The notes: a model not told the origin generated them from the letters alone. A stretch of DNA of 64,000 bases from Candidatus Berkelbacteria bacterium (GCA_016187225.1 JACPKC010000004.1:17004-81003), one strand, 5' to 3'. Positions 37,654-48,136 are shown, numbered from the stretch's first letter. Numbers and translations are program-made.

Positions 37654-38229
37654 TCATTTCACGTTCGTAGCAGAAGTGCCGAACATTTGGACAACTAGAA
37701 CAGTTTCCTTGCCTTCAAGTGTGCCTTTAACCACAGCGACGCCAATATCTTGAAAATCGGCACTCAAAATGTTTGCTCGGTGAGTGTCGCTTTCCATCCA
37801 CGCTGGCACAACTTGTTTTTGATCCAAAAAGCCGGCCGCTAAATTCTCGCCAGCCATTTGGTACTGGTAGTGGCTTGCCTCGATAAAACTCCAAGGAGTG
37901 ACGCCAACTGGGCTGATATGTTCAAAATACTGTCCCGAGAACATGTCGCGCGCCTTGGCTTGTGCCGCCGCTTGCAGATTAGAGTTCCATTTTAAGTCTG
38001 GTAAGCCAGTTAAGAGTCTTTCGGTGTTTGTTTTAGTCAAAATTACTTTTTCATCCTCCAAAATCACCGGTAGAGTGGCACCGTGAATTTGACCGACTGT
38101 GCGAGAAAAAGTAACGTTGTAACTGAATAAAAGAATAAGAGCAAAAATTATTCCGGCTGTCAGGCTAATCAGATATGGCAGGCGAACGTTTTTGAGAGGT
38201 AGGTTGTGATAGGTCATGGCAAAATTCAT
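37654..38229 (-). CDS. CAP (SCP/PR-1-like) domain protein, membrane-anchored
   Basis: N-terminal TM and the CAP motifs GQYFEHIS and YQYQMAGENLAAGF. Confidence 0.65.
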   Translation of the reverse strand: MNFAMTYHNLPLKNVRLPYLISLTAGIIFALILLFSYNVTFSRTVGQIHGATLPVILEDEKVILTKTNTERLLTGLPDLKWNSNLQAAAQAKARDMFSGQYFEHISPVGVTPWSFIEASHYQYQMAGENLAAGFLDQKQVVPAWMESDTHRANILSADFQDIGVAVVKGTLEGKETVLVVQMFGTSATNVK

Positions 38230-38321
38230 CCGATCTTGCCTGACCTTACTGTTAAAGGCAGTATAGCACACTATCTGTTAGACGTCAATTGTTTGTGTAT
38301 TAAATAGTAAAAACTACTCTG

Positions 38322-38396
38322 TGGTGACCCCAGGGGGAGTCGAACCCCCGTTCCCACCGTGAGAGGGTGATGTCCTAACCACTAGACGATGAGGCC
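38322..38396 (-). tRNA. tRNA-Glu (anticodon CUC)
   Basis: A 75-nt cloverleaf similar to E. coli tRNA-Glu, with anticodon loop CUCUCAC, a TTCGACT T-loop, and an encoded CCA. Confidence 0.85.
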
Positions 38397-38464
38397 CTAA
38401 ACCGAAGTAGTTTATCAAGCATGGACGACGCATTCAATTATATTGTATACTTTGTGCCGCGCAG

Positions 38465-38540
38465 AGGCCCGTAGCTTAGTGGTTAGAGCAGTCGGCTTAT
38501 ATCCGACCGGTCACAGGTTCGAATCCTGTCGGGCCTACCA
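38465..38540 (+). tRNA. tRNA-Ile (anticodon UAU)
   Basis: A 76-nt canonical cloverleaf. Acceptor AGGCCCG/CGGGCCU with A73 and CCA, anticodon stem GUCGG/CCGAC, loop CUUAUAU, and a TTCGAAT T-loop. Confidence 0.75.
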
Positions 38541-38551
38541 AAATTCTTTTT

Positions 38552-39532
38552 ATGTTTCACAAAAATTTTTTTACCTTTACTGCGCATGACAATGCCGATC
38601 TGGGCTTCCAGATGGGTAAGGTTTTTACTGCCCAGGCTCGGACGGGAATTCAGCGTGCTCGTCGGCACAAGAACTGGTCGGCCAAGCGTGTTCGCGCTCA
38701 AAAATTTCTTGTCTTCCAGACACAATACTTTCCAGAGTATTCAGAGGAATTGCAGGCTTACGCAAAAGGTGCGCACGTTGATTTTCTCGATCTCTTCACG
38801 TTGAGTCTAGAGGATGAGGTAGAAGATCGGCTTACTGAGCACTGCACAACTGTAATTACAGACGACGGCTTCCTCTTGGCGCATAATGAAGATGAAAACG
38901 AAATTTCGGAAGACCAAATTTGTGTTGTGCAAAAAACGATTGAGGCGCTAACACTTTTTGAGCTTTATTATTACAATACTTTAGGCGGTAATTCAGTCAC
39001 AGTTAACTCCCATGGTTTCGTGATCGCGATTAATTCGCTCTCCTCAAAGGCTTTACAAGTCGGGGTGCCCAGAAATGCGATCGCCCGATTTTTTTCAGAA
39101 ACGAACGACCCAGAACGCGCGCTTGCGAAACTTGACGTTTTGCCTCGCGGCGCTGGTTACAGCATCAATATCGTCAACGCCAAGCAAGAAGTTTGGAACA
39201 TTGAATACAACTCAAAGTCTGTTTCAGTGACGCGCCCTACGCTACCTTTCGTCCACACCAATCATCATCTTTCTCATCTTAAAGCTGATGAAGCCAATTT
39301 GGGCGAGAGTTCGCGTAACCGTTATCGAATGGCCTCTAAATTAGTGCGCGCGCAGATGACGCCGATGAGCCTCTTTGGCCTGATGGCAGATACCTCAAAC
39401 GGAGCTGAAATCAGTTTGACGAATCGGCATACCGTTGCCCGGATCATAGTCGAGCCGGCGGCGGCCCAGATTTGGCTCAAACGAGAACGTTTAAGCGGCG
39501 CCCTTACTTATCCTCTGACTCTCTTGAAATAA
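38552..39532 (+). CDS. Ntn-hydrolase family protein (C45/acyl-CoA:6-APA acyltransferase-like)
   Basis: About 325 aa with an internal EHCTTVITDDGFLLAHNED segment that looks like an Ntn-hydrolase Cys nucleophile. The ATG lies 12 nt after the 3' end of tRNA-Ile. Confidence 0.4.
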   Translation: MFHKNFFTFTAHDNADLGFQMGKVFTAQARTGIQRARRHKNWSAKRVRAQKFLVFQTQYFPEYSEELQAYAKGAHVDFLDLFTLSLEDEVEDRLTEHCTTVITDDGFLLAHNEDENEISEDQICVVQKTIEALTLFELYYYNTLGGNSVTVNSHGFVIAINSLSSKALQVGVPRNAIARFFSETNDPERALAKLDVLPRGAGYSINIVNAKQEVWNIEYNSKSVSVTRPTLPFVHTNHHLSHLKADEANLGESSRNRYRMASKLVRAQMTPMSLFGLMADTSNGAEISLTNRHTVARIIVEPAAAQIWLKRERLSGALTYPLTLLK

Positions 39533-39585
39533 CAGAAAGAAATTAGTATGGTCAGAAACTCATTAGTTTGAGACAAGGAGACTCC

Positions 39586-41757
39586 ATGGAACAGGCGGCA
39601 CTCTATTTTGCGCTCGGGAGCGCAATTTTATCGGTCATCTACGGCTTATTTTTATCTCGTTGGATAACAAAACGTCCCATGGGTACCGGTAAAATGGTTG
39701 AGATTTCGTATGCGATTCGTCAAGGCGCTAAGGCGTATCTTGCTCGTCAGTATAAAACCATCACACTCGTTGCCTTAATTTTAGCGCTTGCAATCGGCTT
39801 CGGACTCAACTGGATTACGGCCGCCGGTTTCATTGTTGGTGCGGTTTTTTCCGGCATAACTGGTTTTATTGGCATGATGATTTCAACCCAAGCAAATGTG
39901 CGTGTCGCTGAAGCCGCTAAAACTGGACTTCGGTCAGCTCTTGCAATTGCTTTTCAAGGCGGCGCTGTGACGGGCTTGCTTGTTGCTGGTCTTGGCCTGC
40001 TGGCAGTCGCCGGTTTTTATGCACTGACCAAAGATGTTAATGCCTTGATCGGGCTTGGTTTTGGTGGCTCGTTAATTTCAGTTTTTGCCCGCCTCGGCGG
40101 CGGAATTTTTACCAAAGCCGCGGATGTCGGCGCTGATCTTGTTGGTAAAGTTGAGGCTGGTATTCCAGAAGATGATCCGCGCAATCCAGCTGTGATTGCT
40201 GACAATGTGGGTGATAACGTTGGTGATTGTGCTGGAATGGCCGCTGACTTGTTTGAAACTTATGCCGTCACAACCATTGCCGCGATGCTCCTCGCTCAAG
40301 CTTTTGACGATTTTCTCGGTGAGTCAACTCGGTTGGTTGTCTATCCGCTTGCGTTAGGCGGCGCCGCAGTTCTCTCTTCGGTTATTGGTACCTGGTTTGT
40401 GCGTTTGCCAAGCGGCGGTAAGTCGCCACGCATTATGGCGGCAATGTATCAAGGGCTGGCGGTTTCGGCGCTCATCGCTGCCATCGCTTTCTATTTTATC
40501 ACCACCTCGCTTTTAAATGGTTCTCCGATTGCGAGTATTATTCCAATCAATAATATCTACTACTCAAGCTTGATCGGTCTCGCGATCACCGCGCTGATGG
40601 TCTGGATTACTGAATATTATACCGGCACGGGCTTTGGCCCTGTGCGTTCGATCGCCCAAGCCTCAACTACTGGCCATGGCACTAATGTGATCCAAGGACT
40701 CGCAATCTCGATGAAAAGCACTGCTCTGCCGGTTGCAGTGATTTGCGCGGGTTTACTCGCCGCTTATTCCCTGGCCAATATTACCGGTGTGGCAATCGCA
40801 GCGTTTGCGATGCTGTCAATGACGGGTTTAATCGTGGCAATTGATGCCTACGGTCCAATTACCGACAACGCTGGCGGCATTGCTGAAATGAGCAGTCTAC
40901 CTAAAAAAGTTCGCGATGTCACCGATCCTCTCGATGCGGTGGGCAACACCACTAAAGCCGTCACCAAGGGTTATGCGATTGCTTCGGCTGGATTAGCCTC
41001 GCTGGTGCTCTTTGTCAGTTACGTCCTTGAACTTTCCAAAGCGGGGAGCGAGGGCGGTTTGGGTGCGGCTTACAGTTTTGATCTGGCTAATCCGTTCGTG
41101 ATCGTTGGGCTCTTTATCGGTGGCCTTCTGCCATTTATTTTTGCCGCTCTCTCGATGGAGGCGGTCGGTAAAGCGGCTGGCGCGGTCGTGGAGGAGGTCC
41201 GCCGTCAGTTTCGCACCTTTAAAGGTATCATGAAGGGTACCGAGAAACCCGATTACTCCCAAGCAGTCGATATCGTGACAAAAAGCGCCTTGCGCCAGAT
41301 GATCTTGCCAGCGCTCTTGCCAATTTTGGCTCCGATTCTCGTCGGTGTCTTCTTTGGCCCCGCGAACGGCCCAATCGTTTTGGGCGCTATGTTGGTTGGA
41401 ACAATTATTACCGGCCTCTTTTTAGCTCTCTCAATGACAGCTGGTGGCGGCGCTTGGGATAACGCTAAAAAATATATCGAAGAGGGAAATTTTGGTGGCA
41501 AGGGGTCTGAAGCGCATAAAGCCGCGGTGACGGGTGATACCGTCGGCGATCCATACAAAGATACCGCCGGCCCAGCGCTTAACCCGCTTATTAAAGTTGT
41601 CAATCTTGTTGCCTTGCTGATTATTCCTCTGGTCGTGGCAATTGAGCTTCCCAGTTGGGTCAAGCCAGCTATCGCGCTAACTGCTATTATATTATTGGCA
41701 ATTGGCTTGCGTCTTGCGCGCTCTAGGCCAGTTGTGGAAGTATCCGCAGTGAAGTGA
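39586..41757 (+). CDS. hppA: membrane-bound proton-translocating pyrophosphatase
   Basis: [18 protein letters not shown] with multiple TM helices. ATG after an AAGGAG ribosome-binding site. Confidence 0.9.
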   Translation: MEQAALYFALGSAILSVIYGLFLSRWITKRPMGTGKMVEISYAIRQGAKAYLARQYKTITLVALILALAIGFGLNWITAAGFIVGAVFSGITGFIGMMISTQANVRVAEAAKTGLRSALAIAFQGGAVTGLLVAGLGLLAVAGFYALTKDVNALIGLGFGGSLISVFARLGGGIFTKAADVGADLVGKVEAGIPEDDPRNPAVIADNVGDNVGDCAGMAADLFETYAVTTIAAMLLAQAFDDFLGESTRLVVYPLALGGAAVLSSVIGTWFVRLPSGGKSPRIMAAMYQGLAVSALIAAIAFYFITTSLLNGSPIASIIPINNIYYSSLIGLAITALMVWITEYYTGTGFGPVRSIAQASTTGHGTNVIQGLAISMKSTALPVAVICAGLLAAYSLANITGVAIAAFAMLSMTGLIVAIDAYGPITDNAGGIAEMSSLPKKVRDVTDPLDAVGNTTKAVTKGYAIASAGLASLVLFVSYVLELSKAGSEGGLGAAYSFDLANPFVIVGLFIGGLLPFIFAALSMEAVGKAAGAVVEEVRRQFRTFKGIMKGTEKPDYSQAVDIVTKSALRQMILPALLPILAPILVGVFFGPANGPIVLGAMLVGTIITGLFLALSMTAGGGAWDNAKKYIEEGNFGGKGSEAHKAAVTGDTVGDPYKDTAGPALNPLIKVVNLVALLIIPLVVAIELPSWVKPAIALTAIILLAIGLRLARSRPVVEVSAVK

Positions 41758-41761
41758 GGAC

Positions 41762-42016
41762 ATGGCTCAAGCGCCAATTCAACTGCGTGCCGTCGTCGAC
41801 CGATTTGAGGGCCATAAAGGAGTTTTACTCTTTGATGACGCTGATCTTCTCGGCCCGCTTGCTGGTCAAGAATTGGTTTTGCCAAAACGTCTCTTGCCAA
41901 CTGGTTGCCGCGAGGGCGACGTGATTGTGTTTGATATGCTGACTGATCTTCAGGCTACCCAACATCGTGAGACCCTAGCGCGTCAAGTTCTTGAGGAAAT
42001 TTTGAATGGTCGATAA
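41762..42016 (+). CDS. DUF3006-like small protein
   Basis: An 84-aa protein. VDRFEGHKGVLLFDD...LPKRLLPTGCREGDVIVFD matches the DUF3006 pattern. It overlaps the start of the VanW gene by 11 nt. Confidence 0.45.
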   Translation: MAQAPIQLRAVVDRFEGHKGVLLFDDADLLGPLAGQELVLPKRLLPTGCREGDVIVFDMLTDLQATQHRETLARQVLEEILNGR

Positions 42017-43868
42017 AAATTCAATTTCGCGTCGCACACTCCGGCGCTGGATTGTTGGAGGGATAAGCGCCTTACTAGGCGTTCTTGTTTTTGCAGGCGG
42101 AATCTATGGTTTCTATACGATTGCTTACGCCGATAGCATTTTTCCAAATACCTATGTCGGGCCAGTCAGTGTGGGCGCCGAATCGCTTGTCGAAGCCGAG
42201 ACAAGTATTACTCGCGCCGTTCAGGAATACCAAAAGACGTCTTTGAAATTTGCGATTGAGAATGAAGCTCTTTCTTTGGCGCTCGATGAGCTCTCGGTCA
42301 ATTACGATGCGCTGGAAAGCGCAACGCTAGCCTATGGCTTGGGGCGCACTGGTTCACTTTGGGAAAATCTGCTTATTCAAGTTGGCGGTTTAATTGAACC
42401 CAATACTCTTGAGCTTCGTTTGACTTATAATGAGGAAAATCTCAATGATTTTCTTGAGCTCCAAAGTACTAAATTTGATGAGCCAGAACAGAATGCCACG
42501 ATTGCTTATATTGATGGCGAGGTGAACGTGGTGCCGGAAATGAGTGGTCAGCGCTTCGATCAGGATCGTCTGCGCGCTGAAATCATCGCGAGTCTTAAAA
42601 CCTTGACCCCGCTTCAAACCGCTGTTTACGAACTTCGGCCTTCAACTCCAACTGTCACGGCTGATCAAGTCAAGGCGCTTTTGCCAATGATCGAGCGGGT
42701 TGCGACTCAACCACTGACTTTAGTCGCCGAAGGCAAAAACTATAAAGTCTCGCCGGAACAGTTAAGCGAGTGGCTCGCGATCAGCAAAGAATCAAACCAA
42801 ACGCCGACAGTTGAAGGATTTTTTGAAACCAACAGCACGGTGATGGTCGGTTTCGATCAGGAGAAAATTCAAGGCTATCTTAAAACTATTGCCACTGAAA
42901 TTAATCAAGACCCTGTTGATGCGCGCCTGACAATTAAAGATGGCCGTGCGAGCGTTTTTCAAACAAGCAAAGATGGCAAAGCGTTAGATTTGGAGAAGGC
43001 GTCGGCCGAAATTATTCAACTTCTCGAAGTGCGCTATCGCAATGCTCGAACGCGCGCTGACGCCAAGGCGGAAACACTCACCCTGCCTGTTAAACTGACG
43101 AAGCCAATTGTTAATTCGAGCACAGTTGATGATTTAGGGATTAAGGAGCTGATTGGCAAAGGCACAACCGATTTTTCCGGCTCACCAAATAATCGAGTGC
43201 ATAATTTGGCAAATGGCACCAAGTTTTTAAGCGGCATTCTTGTTAAACCAGGTGAGGAGTTTTCAACTGTTAAAGCACTGGGCGCCGTCGACGCCTCGAC
43301 GGGTTATTTGCCGGAGCTCGTCATCAAAGAGAATCGGACAATCCCGGAATATGGCGGTGGATTATGTCAGGTCTCAACAACCCTTTTTCGGGCGATTCTA
43401 GACGCTGGCTTGAAGGTGACGGAGCGGAAGGCTCATTCATACCGGGTTAGTTATTATGAGCGGAATGTCGGACCTGGGCTTGATGCAACGGTTTATCTGC
43501 CCAAACCCGATCTCAAATTTTTAAATGACACACCCGGTTGGATTCTGGTTCAAGGTTATGTCACCGATAAAGAGCTGACTTTCGAACTCTATGGCACTTC
43601 CGACGGCCGCACCGCCAAGATTGATGGTCCCCAAACTTTGTCGCGGACACCACCACCAGCTGATGTTTATGAAACTTCGAGCAGTTTGGCGCCTGGCGAG
43701 GTCAAGCAAATTGAAAAACCGCATGAAGGCGCTCGCACCACGGCCACGTATACCGTGATGCGCAATGGAGAAGTGATCAACAGTCAAACTTTTACTTCCA
43801 GTTACAAGGCTCTGCCGGCGCGTTTTCTCAAAGGGCCGGATCAGCCAACTGATCAGCCGTCAAACTAA
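42006..43868 (+). CDS. VanW-family protein with N-terminal TM
   Basis: YGGGLCQVSTTLFRAILDAGL (VanW core) with an upstream PG-binding-like region. Confidence 0.75.
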   Translation: MVDKNSISRRTLRRWIVGGISALLGVLVFAGGIYGFYTIAYADSIFPNTYVGPVSVGAESLVEAETSITRAVQEYQKTSLKFAIENEALSLALDELSVNYDALESATLAYGLGRTGSLWENLLIQVGGLIEPNTLELRLTYNEENLNDFLELQSTKFDEPEQNATIAYIDGEVNVVPEMSGQRFDQDRLRAEIIASLKTLTPLQTAVYELRPSTPTVTADQVKALLPMIERVATQPLTLVAEGKNYKVSPEQLSEWLAISKESNQTPTVEGFFETNSTVMVGFDQEKIQGYLKTIATEINQDPVDARLTIKDGRASVFQTSKDGKALDLEKASAEIIQLLEVRYRNARTRADAKAETLTLPVKLTKPIVNSSTVDDLGIKELIGKGTTDFSGSPNNRVHNLANGTKFLSGILVKPGEEFSTVKALGAVDASTGYLPELVIKENRTIPEYGGGLCQVSTTLFRAILDAGLKVTERKAHSYRVSYYERNVGPGLDATVYLPKPDLKFLNDTPGWILVQGYVTDKELTFELYGTSDGRTAKIDGPQTLSRTPPPADVYETSSSLAPGEVKQIEKPHEGARTTATYTVMRNGEVINSQTFTSSYKALPARFLKGPDQPTDQPSN

Positions 43869-45504
43869 CTAACTGTCGTTTTTTTGCCGCCGTTACAAAG
43901 GCCGTAAAAAGCGGGTGAGGGGAGAGTGGACGGGATTGAAATTCTGGATGAAATTGCGTGCCGATGAAAAACGGATGGCGCTCCCCCGGGAGCTCAATAA
44001 TTTCAGCCAAACGACCGTCAGGTGAGGCGCCGGAAATTACCAGGCCGGCAGATTCCAAAATTTCTCGATATTCGTTGTTAAGTTCATATCGATGTCGATG
44101 ACGCTCGCTCACCCGTCCCCTACCGTAAATTTTTTCCGCGCGGGTGTCTTTTTTAAGTTTAGCTGGGTAGGCACCCAAGCGCATTGTGCCGCCATATTCA
44201 AACTTTAAAAGTTTTTTCTCCTGTTCCGGTATAATGTGGATCACTGGATGAGTCGGTCGTTTTTTAATTTCAGTTGTGTGAGCGCCAATGAGATGAGCCA
44301 CGTGGCGAGCGAACTCAACGGTTGCGAGTTGCATGCCGTAGCAGAGTCCGAGATAAGGAATTTTTTGCTCGCGAGCAAATTTAATCGCTGTGATAATGCC
44401 TTCCACTCCTCGACTTCCAAAACCGCCCGGCACGATCACACCGGCGTAAGTATTTAATTCCTGAACGAGTTTGGGATTTGTTTCATATCGTTCAGCGTCA
44501 ATCCAAGTCATATTTGGCTTAATGCCTTGGGTCCAACCACCATGCTTAACCGCCTCAATCACCGAAATGTAGGAATCGGAGAGTGTATAGTCACCCGTGC
44601 CGAAATACTTCCCAACCACCGCAATTTTAATTTCGCGTTTGACGCGCTGGATCGACGCAACTAACTTGCGCCAGTCTTTAAGGTTGTGCCGTCTCGGTTT
44701 TAGGCCGAGTTTTTCCAGGATGATCTCCCCTACTCTTTGAGCCTCAAGGATCAAGGGGACTTCATAAATTGAGTCAACATTTGGATTCGAGATCACATCT
44801 TCGGGGCGGACATTGCAAAAGAGCGCGAGGCGTTCCCGTCGTCGTTTATCGATTGGCGCATCGGCTCGGCCAACAATCATATCCGGCTGGATGCCCATTG
44901 AGTTTAGGAGCTTAACTGATTGTTGAACGGGTTTTGATTTCATCTCGCCAAGCGAGACAGGAATCGGTAAGTAGGCAACATGCACTTGTAGAATATCGGC
45001 CGGGGTTTTAAACTTCATAATTCTAGACGCTTCGAAAAATAGAGCATTTTGATATTCGCCGACTGTGCCGCCAAACTCGATAATCACAATTTCAGCCCGC
45101 TGGACTCGGCCTGCCTCTTTAATCCTATGGATGATCTCATCAGTCACATGCGGAATCGCCTCCACATCTTCACCCTGATATTCAAAGGCGCGTTCGCGGC
45201 GCAGAACCTCCTGATAGACTTGGCCAGTTGTAATGTAATTCGCGCGTCCCAAATTGACGTTCATGAAACGTTCGTAATTGCCCAAATCCTGATCGGATTC
45301 TAATCCATCATCGGTTACAAAGACCTCGCCATGCTCTTGAGGGCGGATGGTGCCGGCATCAAGATTTAAATACATATCGACTTTAATCGCTGTCACGCTA
45401 AAACCGGTCGATTCCAACAAACGCCCGATCGAAGCGGCGGTCACCCCTTTGCCGAGGCCGGAAATTACTCCGCCCGAAATGAAGATATATTTTCTTGAGT
45501 TCAT
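43828..45504 (-). CDS. pyrG: CTP synthase
   Basis: KYIFISGGVISGLGKG N-terminus and a C-terminal glutamine amidotransferase domain (GLCYGMQ). ATG at 45504 with an AAGGGGA ribosome-binding site; the track ORF extends further upstream. Confidence 0.95.
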   Translation of the reverse strand: MNSRKYIFISGGVISGLGKGVTAASIGRLLESTGFSVTAIKVDMYLNLDAGTIRPQEHGEVFVTDDGLESDQDLGNYERFMNVNLGRANYITTGQVYQEVLRRERAFEYQGEDVEAIPHVTDEIIHRIKEAGRVQRAEIVIIEFGGTVGEYQNALFFEASRIMKFKTPADILQVHVAYLPIPVSLGEMKSKPVQQSVKLLNSMGIQPDMIVGRADAPIDKRRRERLALFCNVRPEDVISNPNVDSIYEVPLILEAQRVGEIILEKLGLKPRRHNLKDWRKLVASIQRVKREIKIAVVGKYFGTGDYTLSDSYISVIEAVKHGGWTQGIKPNMTWIDAERYETNPKLVQELNTYAGVIVPGGFGSRGVEGIITAIKFAREQKIPYLGLCYGMQLATVEFARHVAHLIGAHTTEIKKRPTHPVIHIIPEQEKKLLKFEYGGTMRLGAYPAKLKKDTRAEKIYGRGRVSERHRHRYELNNEYREILESAGLVISGASPDGRLAEIIELPGERHPFFIGTQFHPEFQSRPLSPHPLFTAFVTAAKKRQLVSLTADQLADPAL

Positions 45505-45741
45505 CAACTTTTCCCCTTTGTGACTGATTCTAATAAAAAATGGCACCAAGCTCTGGGAGTTTTCAAGTGCCCTTTTTAAAGTATCGAACGGAGGTAAAAA
45601 TACAAGCAATCTTGTGCACAATTAAGTGCGTGGTTAGGATAAGCTAAGGGAGTTGTTGAGTTAAGGATTTTTTCACTTCTGTCAGTCTCGCGCTGACATT
45701 TAAAGAGAAAAGTGAGGAAGTCTTATCCATAAGGAGACGAT

Positions 45742-47097
45742 ATGAATATGGCTGAAAGCATTTTCAAGGCTTACGATATTCGCGGCATCTATCCAGATCA
45801 ACTCGACGAAGAGGGTGTTTATCAAATTATTCAGGCGTATATTAAAGTTGTAAAGCCTAAAAAAGTTGTTGTCAGTCGCGATGTGCGTGAACATGGACCC
45901 CAGCTTCAGCAAGCGGCCATTCGGAGTTTTATCGAAGCTGGAGTGGATGTTGTCGATGCGGGTTTGGTCTCGACAGATATGTTCTATTGGGCGGTCGCTA
46001 ATTTACCCGTCGAGGGCGGAGTCACTTTATCTGCCTCACATAACGCTCGAGAGTGGAACGGTTTAAACATGGCTCGACAAGGCGCCGAACCGATTTCGAA
46101 GGAATCGGGTCTAGATGAGATTAAAAATCTTGCCCTAGCCGGATGTCGAGTCGAGAGTGATCGCAAAGGTATGATTAAGGAACAAGACATTCTCGATGAT
46201 TATTGTCGCTGGCTTCTTTCGTTAATCGATGTCGGCAAATTGACCCCGCTCACACTTGCTGTTAATCCCAACCATGGCTATCAAGGAATTGTTTTAGAGC
46301 GGATCATCGAGCTTGGCAAACTCCCAATCAAAGTTAAGAAAATCTATTTCGAACCGGATGGTACTTTTCCTCTGCCCGGTGGGCACCCTAATCCGCTGAT
46401 TCCGGAGAATCGTCACGCAAGCGTTGAACTTGTGCAGACCTCGGCCGCCAATCTTGGTGTTTCATGGGATGCAGACGGTGATAGATGTTTTCTCATCGAT
46501 GAGACAGGACGGTTCCTTGAGGGCTATTTCACGACAGCTGTACTTGCGGTTGAACAACTCAAGAAGCATCCGGGTGGCAAAGTGATTATTGACCCAAGGC
46601 TGATTTGGGCTTCAACCCAGGCGATTCTGGCAAATGGCGGTCTGCCAATTATCTCGCGGGCTGGTATGACCATTATCGCCAAGCGCATGCAGGCTGAAGG
46701 CGCAATTTTTGCAGGCGAGATGAGCGCGCATTATTATTTTCCCGAGACGTATAATCGAGATAATGGCATGTTGCCGCTTTTCCGCATTCTTGAGCTAATG
46801 GCCTCAAGCAGGAAGAAGCTTTCAGAAATTTATGATCCCTACCTTGCCAAGTACTTTGTCTCCGGGGAGATCAACAGCACAGTCACTGATATTCAAATGA
46901 TTCTAAAATCAATCGAGACCAAGTATGTTGGTGGCAAAGTTGAGCATATCGACGGGGTTTCAGTTGAGTACCCTGACTGGCGCTTTAATTTGCGCTCTTC
47001 AAACACTGAACCACTTCTGCGGCTCAATGTTGAGGCGAATTCGAAGAAAGTGATGGAGCAAAAGCGTGACGAACTGCTCGCAATTATTCGAGCGTAA
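45742..47097 (+). CDS. phosphomannomutase/phosphoglucomutase (alpha-D-phosphohexomutase)
   Basis: SASHNAREWNG active-site Ser loop and GDGDRC metal-binding loop, after an AAGGAGA ribosome-binding site. Confidence 0.85.
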   Translation: MNMAESIFKAYDIRGIYPDQLDEEGVYQIIQAYIKVVKPKKVVVSRDVREHGPQLQQAAIRSFIEAGVDVVDAGLVSTDMFYWAVANLPVEGGVTLSASHNAREWNGLNMARQGAEPISKESGLDEIKNLALAGCRVESDRKGMIKEQDILDDYCRWLLSLIDVGKLTPLTLAVNPNHGYQGIVLERIIELGKLPIKVKKIYFEPDGTFPLPGGHPNPLIPENRHASVELVQTSAANLGVSWDADGDRCFLIDETGRFLEGYFTTAVLAVEQLKKHPGGKVIIDPRLIWASTQAILANGGLPIISRAGMTIIAKRMQAEGAIFAGEMSAHYYFPETYNRDNGMLPLFRILELMASSRKKLSEIYDPYLAKYFVSGEINSTVTDIQMILKSIETKYVGGKVEHIDGVSVEYPDWRFNLRSSNTEPLLRLNVEANSKKVMEQKRDELLAIIRA

Positions 47098-48076
47098 TTA
47101 GACCGATTTGTTCTTTGACCGTTTTAAGAGTTTGTGCGGCGACTGGTTGCACTCGCTCGGTGCCATCTTTAAGAATTTGCGCAAGATACTGTTCGTCGGC
47201 AATTAATTTGTCGTATCTCGCTTGGACCGGTGCCAGAAACTTATTGATTTCATTTGCCAGACTCTCCTTAAACTCGGCATAGCCTTTGCCAGTGTATTCA
47301 GCGACAATCGTTTCGATTGTTCGGTCGGTAACGCCAGCGAAAATCGTGAGTAGGTTTTTGAGCGCCTGTTTATCATCTGAAAATTCAATCTCATTGCCGG
47401 AATCGGTGACAGCTTTTCTGATTTTCTGCCGAACGGTATCGGCAGTGTCGGTCAGTGCGATGTAATTATAGGTAGATATTGCCGACTTGCTCATTTTATT
47501 CGCTGGATCATCAAGACCGAGAATTCGTTTTGTCTCATCGATGAGGCGCGGTTTTGGCAGGGTAAACGTTTCACCGAAACGACTATTGAAGCGCTTGGCA
47601 AGATCGCGTGTGAGTTCGATGTGTTGAACCTGGTCTTCGCCAACGGGCACTTCTTCAGTTTGGTAAAGTAAAATGTCGGCCGCCATCAAAGTCGGGTAGG
47701 CAAAAAGTCCAACATTGACGCGCGCGCGATCGATGCCTCGTCCTTTTTCCTTAAACTGGGTCATCCGCTCAAGTTCGCCAAGATTTGTCAGTGTCAATAG
47801 AATCCACTGAAGCTCGCAGTGTTCTGGGCGGGAACTTTGCAAGAAGAGTGTTGAGCGAGCTGGGTCAAGACCAAGCGCAAGGTACATTGCCGCGACAGAT
47901 AAAATTTGGTTGGCAAGTTTTTTGGGTTCCTGTAAGACGGTGAGCGCATGCAAGTCGGCGATAAAATATGTTACTTGTTCACCTTGAGCCTGAAGTTCAA
48001 TCTGTTGCTTGATCGCTCCCAAATAGTTTCCAAGATGCAGGCAACCCGACGGCTGGATTCCAGACAAAATTTTCAT
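47084..48076 (-). CDS. trpS: tryptophan--tRNA ligase
   Basis: SGIQPSG..HLGNY (HIGH variant) and KMSKS. About 330 aa. Confidence 0.9.
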   Translation of the reverse strand: MKILSGIQPSGCLHLGNYLGAIKQQIELQAQGEQVTYFIADLHALTVLQEPKKLANQILSVAAMYLALGLDPARSTLFLQSSRPEHCELQWILLTLTNLGELERMTQFKEKGRGIDRARVNVGLFAYPTLMAADILLYQTEEVPVGEDQVQHIELTRDLAKRFNSRFGETFTLPKPRLIDETKRILGLDDPANKMSKSAISTYNYIALTDTADTVRQKIRKAVTDSGNEIEFSDDKQALKNLLTIFAGVTDRTIETIVAEYTGKGYAEFKESLANEINKFLAPVQARYDKLIADEQYLAQILKDGTERVQPVAAQTLKTVKEQIGLITLE

Positions 48077-48136
48077 AACACCACCTTACTTTTGCCTCTA
48101 GCCTATCAATAAGCGAGTGCTATAATCAACCACGCA

